From: a virus
Lineage: Duplodnaviria > Caudoviricetes
Virus record (IMG/VR): IMGVR_UViG_3300025849_000132
Span: 1 to 32,171 of that record
Reading direction: 5' to 3' (one strand)
DNA length: 32,171 nucleotides
Position 1 is the stretch's first letter. Every line of letters starts with the position of its first letter. Made by a program: the position numbers and the translations under genes. Below the pieces are notes generated by a model that worked only from the letters and a program-made list of their open reading frames with translations, had not been told where the DNA came from and made no database searches. Of the stretch, positions 9,121-18,770 are shown in pieces.

Positions 9121-12100
9121 TGGAAGAAAATACTATACTAACCCAAGTTGATCCAACTACTTTTGAATATCAAGAGTATAAAACTGCTGATGAACAGTTA
9201 ATACCATCTTCCTCCTTTGATACTAACTTTATTGAACCCTCTGATTACATCGAACTTTATGTTTACGATGATAATAAACAAATAGTTTCACCAGATGAAA
9301 CTTATGAGTTAAAACAATATAAAGTACAAGAAGGAGATATAGTATTAAACCCAACTAAAAATCTTAAAGAACTAGGATTTACAGAGGGTAACTATTATAC
9401 AGTATACAACACATACAGACGTAGATTAGGATCATCCATTAAGGATAGATACTATATTGATGAAATATCACCATCTAGAACAGAGATTAGATTAAAAACT
9501 AATCAATTAGATGATCAACAAGTATTCAATACGTTTGTTAACTTCCAAGAATATAGAGAAACAAGACCTTATTTCGTTGATTTCCAACTTAACTTTGGTA
9601 ATAACCAACAAGTTATTGCTAATAATATTGATGTTACCCCAACAACAATAGATCAACAAATAACAGTATTAATAAAATTATATGAACCTTTACCACCTAA
9701 CTTTTCGGTAAAGGATACACTATGGATTGTTGAAGAAATATCAACACCTCAAGCATATAAAGTAGAATACGCTGTTGAAGAAGTTGAAATCGATGATGAT
9801 TTTGAATTTATTAAAGGACCTAACTTTAATCTTAACGTAAATAACGAAGTAGGGGTAGCATCAGATACTTTTACATATAATTCAATACTTGAAACACCTC
9901 TTACATCTTCACTACAACAACTAAAATCACTTTTAGCTGAAAAGAGTATTAATATCAATATTGATTACTCTAAATACAACCAGTTTATTAAGTTTTCAAC
10001 AGCTGAGGAACGTTTAAAAAACTTTTATTATAAAGCATCTTTATTAGAAGCAACACATAACCAACTTGAACAAGACATATATTCAATAACTGGTTCAGCT
10101 ACTAGTTCAATCGCTTTTTCATCATCCAAAGCGACTTTAGAGGCTATTGTAGATAGTACAATAGATAACTTTGATGGGTATGAATATTTTTTATATTTTA
10201 ATAGTGGATCATCGGCGTCTTGGCCTAAATCTACTTCTACTTTACCTTATACTTTATATTCTACTGGTTCAACCCAAGTAGCAGAATGGTTTGGTTCACT
10301 TAACGAAGGATCTATTTATTATGGTGGTCAAATATCATCAGCATCTTTATATGATGAAAATAATAATGATGCTTTATTAAATACTATACCAGAATATTTA
10401 GTTGAAGACCCAGCAAACAACCAATATCAACTGTTTATAGAGATGATAGGTCAACATTTTGACAATGTTTGGACTTATACTAAAGATGTAACTAATAAAT
10501 TTGACGCTGATAATAGATTAGATTATGGTATATCAAAAGATTTAGTAGCAGATGCTATTAGAGAGTTTGGTATAAAACTATATTCAAACAACTATGATCA
10601 AGATGATTTATATCAAGCATTTTTAGGTATAACATCAGAAGGTTCAACATTCCCCATATCAAATATTACGGGTAGTTCACCTGCAGAAGGTATTGATTTA
10701 GTAACAAACGCTATAAGCGCATCAAGCGCTGTAATAGCTCAAAACGACGTTTTAAAGCGTGTTTACAAACGAATATACCATAACATACCTTATCTATTAA
10801 AAACTAAAGGTACTAAAGCAGGTTTAAGAGCTTTAATATCAACTTTTGGTATATCCAATACTATATTAGATGTAAAAGAATATGGTGGTTCACCTAAAAA
10901 ACCAGCTGTATATAAAACTCAAGAAAATATCTATGATTATTATTTAGGTATGACTGGGTCTCAATCAGTACAAACTGAGTTTAAATTAAATTCTGATTGG
11001 AGTAGTTCTTATGATAGACCTCAAACAGTGATGTTTAGGATAAAACCTGAAACTATCCATTCTTCATCTTTAGGTCCTACAAATAACATCCAAAAAGTAT
11101 TTTCTTTGGATACTGGACTTACATTAACATTAGAATATACTGGATCATCAGGAATTGTAAGTTCATATAGTGGATCAGTAGTTGATCCTGAATATCAATT
11201 TGGTAATTTGAAACTATTCCCTAATGGTCAGGGAACACCACTTTCCTCTTCAGTATATTTACCATTCTTTAATGGGGATTGGTGGAGTGTTATGGTTAAC
11301 CATAATCAGCAATCAGGTTATACTTTAACAGCTAAGAATAAAAATAGCGAATATGTATCCACATCTGCTATTCAATATAGTAGTATTAATACACTACCTT
11401 TAACAGGATCCACAGAATGGATTTCAGCTACATCATCAGATTTTGGAACAGCTTTAGCACCTGCATCACATTTTTCAGGTGGTTTACAAGAAATAAGATA
11501 CTATACATCAGATATACCTGATAATGTCTTTGAATATTTTACTTTAAACCCACAATCATATGTTGGTACTGGAGTAAATACAGCCCCTGAAGAGTTAGCT
11601 TTTAGAGCATCTTTAGGAGGTGAATTATATACAGGTTCAGTAAGTATCCACCCAAAAACACCCCCTGCACCTTCTATCCCACCCCATATCCTATTAGAAA
11701 CTGGGTATAGTTTACTATTGGAAGACTCAGGATTGATAGTATTACACCCTATTGATAAATTCAAAGCAGGTATACACTCATTTGAGGATGATAGTAACTT
11801 CAACATTACTTCTTCTGCTTTTGGGGTAAATAGAGAAAAAATAGCTAGAAACCAAATACCAGCAGGTATTAATTCAGAAATAAACAATAAGATTATTATA
11901 GATACTTCTAAATTAGAATCGACAACGTTGTCACCTATGAGAAGTATCCAACAAAAAGATTATAGTAATCAAAGAGATGTAGACTCAGGATATGTTGAAG
12001 TCGCATTCTCACCAGCTCATCAAATCAATAAAGATATTGTTGGTCAAGTAGGATATTTTAACTTAGGTGATTATTTAGGTAATCTATCAAATAGATCAAC

Positions 12101-13802
12101 TAACACCAATAGTTATCCTAGTTTGGATATATTAAGAGATGAATACTTTGCTAAATATGCTAAGTCATATGATTTAAATGATTTTGTAAGACTAATAAAG
12201 TTTTATGATAACTCTTTATTTAAGATGGTTAAAGATTTTACTCCATCTAATGTATCATTATCATCAGGTGTTGTAGTAAAACAACATATTTTAGAAAGAA
12301 ATAAACATAGAAGAACTTTAGTATCATCTACTAACGAAACTCTAACTGGATCAATAAGCCAAGTAGAAACGTTTTCAGGTGGTGCTGGTGGTCAAGTAAA
12401 TAGATACCAAAATCAAAGTAAACCAACTTTTGATATAACTCAATCTTGGTCAGAAATAATCCAAACCCTAAAAGGTCCAACTACCCAAACAACTACAGAC
12501 CAATCTGGATTTTATAATGGAGAATATGGTAATCCCACTTCAGATAATTCATCGTTTGTTAATGTGGTAAAAGGAGATGGTGGTGTAGATTGTTCCCAAT
12601 TTACAAACCCTACCTTCCAAGATACCCAAGTAACACCTGTATTTTTAACATATGCCAACTTTTCAGAAGAAGAGTTTTTATCTCGAGATACTATACCTAA
12701 CAGGGGTATTGTTTGGTTATGGCATGATGGGTTTAATGTTAAACATATTAAGGTAGCTAGTAGATCTAGAGAGGGTGTTAGTATATTAAGAGAATTATCT
12801 CAAGCAACATCAATTCCTATCTTATTAAATAACCCATCTGTAAATCCCATACCACCTAGTTTACCTAAACTTAAATCAGGTTTTTATACTTGGGAAGTAA
12901 CTAGTAAACAAATTTATGATAATTATGTTTATTTTGAAACAAATATAATCCAATCCCCACTTATACTAACATCTGAGGATGCTAATATATTTGATATAGA
13001 GTTTGATTCAACTGGGGACTTTATATGGTACGCTTCATCATCCGGTACTCCTGCGAACCCTCTTAGATTAGATGGGATATATGAATCAATACCTCAAGGA
13101 TATTTCCCATCATCTCCTACTTACCCACGAGAACAGTTTTTTAGAGGATGGGATGGTTCTGATTATTTAATAGAACCAAACGAATACATAGAATCAAAGG
13201 GGATTATAGTTGATAGTATAGGTAATTTTGATACAGGTACAGGGGAAGTAAATACAGCATTTACATCATCACTCCCTTCTGTATATAATAGGTTAGCAGA
13301 AACACCAAAAACACCTTGGTTTATGAATGCCCCACAACAGATGGTATCATACCCATCAGCATTAATACAGGATCAAGACCCAAATGTTATACCTAGATCT
13401 ATTGTAGTATGTGCTATATATCTAACTCCTATAACTACTAATTGTTCTACACTAAATAATAACTCAAATGGGGTTACTGTTGCCGTACGATATCAAGGTA
13501 ACGAAGAGTTATTTACATTAGGAACAACACCTATTAATAAAAATAAGTTAATACTAAAAGAGGGAAAAAATGGATTCGCTGTAGTAAAAGATATAATACT
13601 ATACAACTCAGCAGATGATAATGTAGATTGGACATCTTCCTCTATCACATCACCTAATAACCCAACATCAACATCCGTTAATTTACCTAGTGGTAAGTAT
13701 GGAGTATACAAATACTCAGCTCAAAACGAAGATAAGATGATTGTGCAGGTTGAAACTATTAATGGTAAACAAACGATTACACAAATAGCATATTGCTTCT
13801 AA
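9120..13802 (+). CDS. Large baseplate wedge protein (T4 gp7 / P2 gpI-like segment plus LamG-like domain)
   Basis: KRIYHNIPYLLKTKGTKAGLRALISTFGI resembles the gpI/gp7 KGT motif; LamG-like GDWWSVMV...FSGGLQEIRYY; 1560 aa. Confidence 0.65.
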   Translation: MEENTILTQVDPTTFEYQEYKTADEQLIPSSSFDTNFIEPSDYIELYVYDDNKQIVSPDETYELKQYKVQEGDIVLNPTKNLKELGFTEGNYYTVYNTYRRRLGSSIKDRYYIDEISPSRTEIRLKTNQLDDQQVFNTFVNFQEYRETRPYFVDFQLNFGNNQQVIANNIDVTPTTIDQQITVLIKLYEPLPPNFSVKDTLWIVEEISTPQAYKVEYAVEEVEIDDDFEFIKGPNFNLNVNNEVGVASDTFTYNSILETPLTSSLQQLKSLLAEKSININIDYSKYNQFIKFSTAEERLKNFYYKASLLEATHNQLEQDIYSITGSATSSIAFSSSKATLEAIVDSTIDNFDGYEYFLYFNSGSSASWPKSTSTLPYTLYSTGSTQVAEWFGSLNEGSIYYGGQISSASLYDENNNDALLNTIPEYLVEDPANNQYQLFIEMIGQHFDNVWTYTKDVTNKFDADNRLDYGISKDLVADAIREFGIKLYSNNYDQDDLYQAFLGITSEGSTFPISNITGSSPAEGIDLVTNAISASSAVIAQNDVLKRVYKRIYHNIPYLLKTKGTKAGLRALISTFGISNTILDVKEYGGSPKKPAVYKTQENIYDYYLGMTGSQSVQTEFKLNSDWSSSYDRPQTVMFRIKPETIHSSSLGPTNNIQKVFSLDTGLTLTLEYTGSSGIVSSYSGSVVDPEYQFGNLKLFPNGQGTPLSSSVYLPFFNGDWWSVMVNHNQQSGYTLTAKNKNSEYVSTSAIQYSSINTLPLTGSTEWISATSSDFGTALAPASHFSGGLQEIRYYTSDIPDNVFEYFTLNPQSYVGTGVNTAPEELAFRASLGGELYTGSVSIHPKTPPAPSIPPHILLETGYSLLLEDSGLIVLHPIDKFKAGIHSFEDDSNFNITSSAFGVNREKIARNQIPAGINSEINNKIIIDTSKLESTTLSPMRSIQQKDYSNQRDVDSGYVEVAFSPAHQINKDIVGQVGYFNLGDYLGNLSNRSTNTNSYPSLDILRDEYFAKYAKSYDLNDFVRLIKFYDNSLFKMVKDFTPSNVSLSSGVVVKQHILERNKHRRTLVSSTNETLTGSISQVETFSGGAGGQVNRYQNQSKPTFDITQSWSEIIQTLKGPTTQTTTDQSGFYNGEYGNPTSDNSSFVNVVKGDGGVDCSQFTNPTFQDTQVTPVFLTYANFSEEEFLSRDTIPNRGIVWLWHDGFNVKHIKVASRSREGVSILRELSQATSIPILLNNPSVNPIPPSLPKLKSGFYTWEVTSKQIYDNYVYFETNIIQSPLILTSEDANIFDIEFDSTGDFIWYASSSGTPANPLRLDGIYESIPQGYFPSSPTYPREQFFRGWDGSDYLIEPNEYIESKGIIVDSIGNFDTGTGEVNTAFTSSLPSVYNRLAETPKTPWFMNAPQQMVSYPSALIQDQDPNVIPRSIVVCAIYLTPITTNCSTLNNNSNGVTVAVRYQGNEELFTLGTTPINKNKLILKEGKNGFAVVKDIILYNSADDNVDWTSSSITSPNNPTSTSVNLPSGKYGVYKYSAQNEDKMIVQVETINGKQTITQIAYCF

Positions 13803-13813
13803 ATATTAAATAA

Positions 13814-15892
13814 ATGGCAAGAGACATACAACCAGATAACGTATTTTTAAAGCTTACAAATGCTAATACCCTCCCAGGTAATAATGATTTATCTTATTAT
13901 TATAGAGAGGGTAGGATTTGGGCTACGGGTACTGAAAACCTATTTGAACCCAAATTTGTAAATCTAGACCCATCTACTAAAAGTAAAACAACACTCATAA
14001 AGTCACAAAGTGGTCCTGTTATAGATGGTGGGGTATTTATAACTCCTGAAGGTGAAAGTATACCACATGGTCCTGATGATGAAATATATGTTTCATCTAA
14101 CTACTTTGGATCACAAAACATAAGTAGAGATTATAACTCACAAAAATTCGCTAATAGTTGGTGGTATGATACTCAAGCACATAGGGCATATAAGATATAT
14201 TTTGTATTATCCTATACTGAAGTTAGCACTATAAACAGTCAATTATATTATAATTGGGAAGTTTCCAATGCATACATAGTTTACAAAGATGCTTCACAAG
14301 ATACTAATGATGGTATATACACCTTTTCAGCATCTCCAGTTGTAGATGTATCAGTAACTGCCTCAGCAACGTTTAAATCACCCAGTGGGTTAGATACTTG
14401 GAATAAGGTATCACTAAATTTATATAAGGGTCGTAATGGTGTGTATAATAATTTTACTTCATCTTATGTAGTATCCCCCCAAACCAAATTAGGTAATATT
14501 GAAATGAGAACAACATTTCCCTCAAATGATATAGTCATAAATGATACTGTTAAACTTTCAGTATCAGTTGAGGATGATTCTAATTTATATGGTCCTTTAG
14601 TAGTAACTGAATACTCAATGTCATTTTCAACCCCAGGTGAAGCTATTGATACTGAATCCTATTTAGGGTTAACAACAGGATTAGACTTAGAAAACAACCC
14701 AGATTGTCAACCTGTTTTAAATAACGTAATATCATCTAGACAATCTTTATTTATAGAGGATGTGGATTACTCTAACTCATCTAATTTAAGTGGATCTGGT
14801 ATTTTATTACCCCAAAATATTGAGTTATTACGTCAAAATTCTGCTGAAAAAGCATTAACACCTGACTCAAACTATAGTCAAGCATCACATACTGGTATTA
14901 GATATGTTGGAACTAAAACAACACGTAAAGAAATAAACCAATATCAAGAAGGTGAACCAACTAATAACTTAGGATCTATACCTAATGTTGAATCATTAAA
15001 TGCTTATTTAGGATACTTTAGTAAAGTTGTAGATCCATATCCTAACTTAAATAATAAAACCGCTTTATTTGTAAAATATCTTATTGATTCAACCTCAACA
15101 CTATATGATCCATCATTATCTGATGTAAACTTTAATAACTTAGAGAATACTTTTAAACTAAAAGATTCAAATAATACTCCAACTAACGTTATAGTAAGTA
15201 TACAAAATATTGATGAAGCTAAAGAATTAAAGAAATTAGAATCAGTTACCCCATCAGTTTATTCTGTAGGTACTTACCCTAACCCTATTTTATTTTCTCA
15301 AAATTCATCAAATGGGAATGCATCTAGAATTCCACTATTAGGTAATCCAAACCAATCAGTAGTAAGTCCTTGGTGGAATGTAGATTCTAATGATAGAAAA
15401 AAACTAAACTGTGTATCAATTCCACTAATTAACACATATGATTCAAACTATTATATGGGAGACTTACCATATAATCCAGGTGAAAATACAGATTTCCCTT
15501 CAGGTGTTGAACCATCATTTACGAAGTTTGATCCAGTTACTTCTCCATGGTCTTTAGTATCTCAAAGTTTATCAACACCTGGAGATGAGTTTAGATTTGA
15601 AAATAACGAAGACTATAGTTATAAAGTAGTAGATGTAGATTACACATCTTCAATATCGTTAACTGTCACTTTAGATAAAGAAGTAGATCCAAGTATAAAC
15701 CCTAACTTCTTTTTAATAAGGAGGTTGGCCTACAATCCAGGCTTTGTTATCTTAAACGAGCAAAAACCATATGGGTTTCCTGTTTCAGCATCATCCTCAC
15801 CAGGTATAGTTACACCTCAATACAGAGTAGATGCATTAAGAAAAAATCCAGATGATATAATAACATCACTTATTGAAAAGAACTTAATATAA
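13814..15892 (+). CDS. Virion structural protein (baseplate/tail associated)
   Basis: 692-aa beta-rich ORF inside the structural module; no catalytic motifs recognised. Confidence 0.55.
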   Translation: MARDIQPDNVFLKLTNANTLPGNNDLSYYYREGRIWATGTENLFEPKFVNLDPSTKSKTTLIKSQSGPVIDGGVFITPEGESIPHGPDDEIYVSSNYFGSQNISRDYNSQKFANSWWYDTQAHRAYKIYFVLSYTEVSTINSQLYYNWEVSNAYIVYKDASQDTNDGIYTFSASPVVDVSVTASATFKSPSGLDTWNKVSLNLYKGRNGVYNNFTSSYVVSPQTKLGNIEMRTTFPSNDIVINDTVKLSVSVEDDSNLYGPLVVTEYSMSFSTPGEAIDTESYLGLTTGLDLENNPDCQPVLNNVISSRQSLFIEDVDYSNSSNLSGSGILLPQNIELLRQNSAEKALTPDSNYSQASHTGIRYVGTKTTRKEINQYQEGEPTNNLGSIPNVESLNAYLGYFSKVVDPYPNLNNKTALFVKYLIDSTSTLYDPSLSDVNFNNLENTFKLKDSNNTPTNVIVSIQNIDEAKELKKLESVTPSVYSVGTYPNPILFSQNSSNGNASRIPLLGNPNQSVVSPWWNVDSNDRKKLNCVSIPLINTYDSNYYMGDLPYNPGENTDFPSGVEPSFTKFDPVTSPWSLVSQSLSTPGDEFRFENNEDYSYKVVDVDYTSSISLTVTLDKEVDPSINPNFFLIRRLAYNPGFVILNEQKPYGFPVSASSSPGIVTPQYRVDALRKNPDDIITSLIEKNLI

Positions 15893-15895
15893 TCA

Positions 15896-15905
15896 TATTT
15901 ATAAT
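15896..15905 (+). promoter_or_regulatory. Putative late promoter TATTTATAAT
   Basis: Intergenic, 17 nt before ATG 15923. Confidence 0.75.
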
Positions 15906-15922
15906 AAAATATAACATACAAA

Positions 15923-16591
15923 ATGGGCTATTTAAATAACAGCGTTGTAACAGTTGACGCTATTCTAACAAAAAAAGGAAGAGAATCGTTAGCTAAAAAC
16001 GACGGATCATTCCGAATCACTCAGTTCGCTTTAGCAGATGACGAAATCGATTATACTCAATATAATCCAAACCACCCATCTGGTTCTTCATTTTACGGAG
16101 AAGCTATTGACAATATGCCTTTATTAGAGGCGTTTCCTGATGAGTCACAGATTATGAAGTATAAGTTAGTAACTCTACCTAGAGGAACAGCTAAATTACC
16201 AGTATTAGATGTTGGTTATACTGCTATTACTTTAAAACAAGGAGCACAGCTTGCTATTACACCTCAAACACTTAACTATCTCGATTCAGCCCAATCGTTT
16301 GAGACAAGTGGGTATGCAGCAACAATCGCTGATATTAGATTATTATCTAACTTCAATGGTGTTGGTATTAATACAGATGCTGCAACATCAGCAAACTCAA
16401 ACTCAACAACTACTATAGGTACAAACGTATCTAAAACTGTTATTGGAACACAAGTCAACTTAAGAGCAACTACTATTAATACGTTATTTGGATCTAACTC
16501 ATCTATAACTACCACTCTAACAATCATAGGTTTAGATTCAGGTGCTCGTATTACTGTTCCTATTACTATTAATAAAACATCAACAACTTAA
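15923..16591 (+). CDS. Virion protein with tail-collar fibre (DUF3751-like) N-terminus
   Basis: ILTKKGRESLA...FRITQFALADDE resembles the ILT..G...LA...IT.MA.GDG N-terminus of tail-collar fibre proteins. Confidence 0.55.
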   Translation: MGYLNNSVVTVDAILTKKGRESLAKNDGSFRITQFALADDEIDYTQYNPNHPSGSSFYGEAIDNMPLLEAFPDESQIMKYKLVTLPRGTAKLPVLDVGYTAITLKQGAQLAITPQTLNYLDSAQSFETSGYAATIADIRLLSNFNGVGINTDAATSANSNSTTTIGTNVSKTVIGTQVNLRATTINTLFGSNSSITTTLTIIGLDSGARITVPITINKTSTT

Positions 16592-16594
16592 GAT

Positions 16595-17647
16595 ATGGGA
16601 TTCAAAAGATTAGATCCAGAAGATTTTTTAGTAAGTGCAGATTCTGTATCACAAACTGTATGGAGTAATGAGACTGTAGAGTTATCTACCTTCTTTACTT
16701 CATCAGCACAACGAGTAGCCTCCCTTTCAGGAGAATATTATTTAGCAGTAAACCAATCAGAAACAACAGTTGTGGGTTCAGCCCCTCAGTTTGATATAGC
16801 CTATGGTGATAAAACATCAGGTGGTGCTGTATATTTTAACGATGCTGTACCTGGTAAATCTACAACATCTACTATCTATGGTCAATACCGTACTTTAGTA
16901 TTAGAGGATGAGGATAAAGACTTTCAATTTGGTTCATCATATACACCAGAATATATTTACGCCCTATCAATCGAAAGATCAAGGTATAAAGAAAAACTAT
17001 TACCTGGAACATTATCTTTAACACTACAAGGGTCAACAGGTTTACCCATTGTACTTACAGATAATTCAAATGATGTAACAATACCATCATACTTTGGTAC
17101 TCAGAGAGCTTACCAAATAGTAAGACAAGGAGCTAACCCAGGTACATCAGATTCTATTAACGGTGGTTACACTAATTCAGGATCATATGGTTTATTTTTA
17201 CCTGACACCGGATTAATCTTACTAAACGGTTCTGCGTTAGATCAACCCACTACTCAAGGGATAGTTACCACAGCTAACCCTAATGTAGGTATAGATTTAC
17301 AAACTAATAGAAACTTAGATGTTGATGGGGAAAATAACTCAAAGTTATTTGCTGCTATAAGAAGAGGTGGATCTTTTAAAGTAAACTGTGAAGAAACCCT
17401 AACATCAGATTTTATATTTGTTAGATCAAGAAACTCAGAATTTAACTACTCAGAAAATCCATCGTTTATTAAAGGAGCTACAGGTGAGGTGTATTGGGAT
17501 TCATACATAAATGCACCACAAACGTATGTAACAACGATTGGATTATATAATGACCAAAACGATTTACTAGCAGTGGCTAAGTTGTCAAAACCGCTTTTAA
17601 AGGATTTTACAAAAGAATCACTCGTTAGAGTAAAGTTAGATTTCTAA
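16595..17647 (+). CDS. Virion structural protein, paralogue A
   Basis: SEFNYSENPS and YVTTIGLYNDQNDLLAVAKLSKPL C-terminus shared with the next gene. Confidence 0.6.
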   Translation: MGFKRLDPEDFLVSADSVSQTVWSNETVELSTFFTSSAQRVASLSGEYYLAVNQSETTVVGSAPQFDIAYGDKTSGGAVYFNDAVPGKSTTSTIYGQYRTLVLEDEDKDFQFGSSYTPEYIYALSIERSRYKEKLLPGTLSLTLQGSTGLPIVLTDNSNDVTIPSYFGTQRAYQIVRQGANPGTSDSINGGYTNSGSYGLFLPDTGLILLNGSALDQPTTQGIVTTANPNVGIDLQTNRNLDVDGENNSKLFAAIRRGGSFKVNCEETLTSDFIFVRSRNSEFNYSENPSFIKGATGEVYWDSYINAPQTYVTTIGLYNDQNDLLAVAKLSKPLLKDFTKESLVRVKLDF

Positions 17648-17651
17648 ATGA

Positions 17652-18734
17652 ATGAGCGCATACAAACAATTCAACTCATCAGACATAATAGTTTCACCAT
17701 TAGAGGTAAACAGGGGGTATAAATTTAATATTATACCTATTCTTTCATCATCTGGAGGATACTCTTTTATATCATTTGGTGAAGGTAATTACTCAGAAAG
17801 TCTAGAGAGAATTGATGCTTATGGTTTTGGGGGCCAAATAGAAAGATATGTAGGTAAAAATATTGACTATAACAGTGAATATAATTATTCATCTGGTCTT
17901 TATTCTTCTTTCAAAGAATCATCTATATACAATTCCGTAAAACATTTATACTATACAAACTATATATCAGGGAGTGTAGATAGTAATGGAGATCTTATAA
18001 TGTCTGATGCTAATCTACCATATTTTGGATCTGATGGAGTAGTAGAAGGTTCTAAGTATAATACAATATACGATAATTACAGACAAACAGATTTACTAGA
18101 ACAAAAATCAATTCCTACTACAAAAACTAAACCTGGTGTTTCTGATATAGCTGTATTATCCATCCCTTCTAATATATTTGGTGATAAAATACAACCAGGA
18201 TCATTTAAATTTGATTTTGGGTCATATGAAGAATCATCAGGAGGAACTTTTACTGATGATGGGGAAGGTAGATTAATATCATTATTTGGTGATGTAGTAG
18301 GTAATATAGTATACACTCATGGAGTAGCTACAATAACTAATCCATTTTCTAATGAATTTGGTTATGGTAAAAATCCCTATAAGTATAGTAACTATGGAGA
18401 TGGTGGTCAGGTTAGTAGAGACTTTTTTAAAGGATTCATATCTGGATCAGACTTAGAAGTATCATTATCATCATCATATACACTTTATGAGACACAATAT
18501 AAAGTAACAATAGGTGAAAGTGAATTTAATTATTCTCAAAACCCCACTATAACATCAGGGAATGATGGAATTCCTTTTAATTATATAACAGGCTCATATT
18601 TTACACCCTATATTTCAACTATAGGTTTATATAATGATGCACATGAATTATTAGCTGTTGGTAAGTTAGCAAAACCATTACCGACATCTAAAACAACAGA
18701 CACAACTATTTTAATAAACATCGATAGGCACTAA
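17652..18734 (+). CDS. Virion structural protein, paralogue B
   Basis: SEFNYSQNPT and YISTIGLYNDAHELLAVGKLAKPL; KIQPGSF versus KLLPGTL in paralogue A. Confidence 0.6.
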   Translation: MSAYKQFNSSDIIVSPLEVNRGYKFNIIPILSSSGGYSFISFGEGNYSESLERIDAYGFGGQIERYVGKNIDYNSEYNYSSGLYSSFKESSIYNSVKHLYYTNYISGSVDSNGDLIMSDANLPYFGSDGVVEGSKYNTIYDNYRQTDLLEQKSIPTTKTKPGVSDIAVLSIPSNIFGDKIQPGSFKFDFGSYEESSGGTFTDDGEGRLISLFGDVVGNIVYTHGVATITNPFSNEFGYGKNPYKYSNYGDGGQVSRDFFKGFISGSDLEVSLSSSYTLYETQYKVTIGESEFNYSQNPTITSGNDGIPFNYITGSYFTPYISTIGLYNDAHELLAVGKLAKPLPTSKTTDTTILINIDRH

Positions 18735-18744
18735 GGATGTTTAG

Positions 18745-18754
18745 TATTTATAAT
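18745..18754 (+). promoter_or_regulatory. Putative late promoter TATTTATAAT
   Basis: Intergenic, 16 nt before ATG 18771. Confidence 0.75.
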
Positions 18755-18770
18755 ATATCAAATAAAACCA

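Noticed and set aside
14034-14043. TATTTATAAC inside the 692-aa gene as a late promoter
   Set aside because: Intragenic with no nearby gene start; may be chance in AT-rich DNA, so not called
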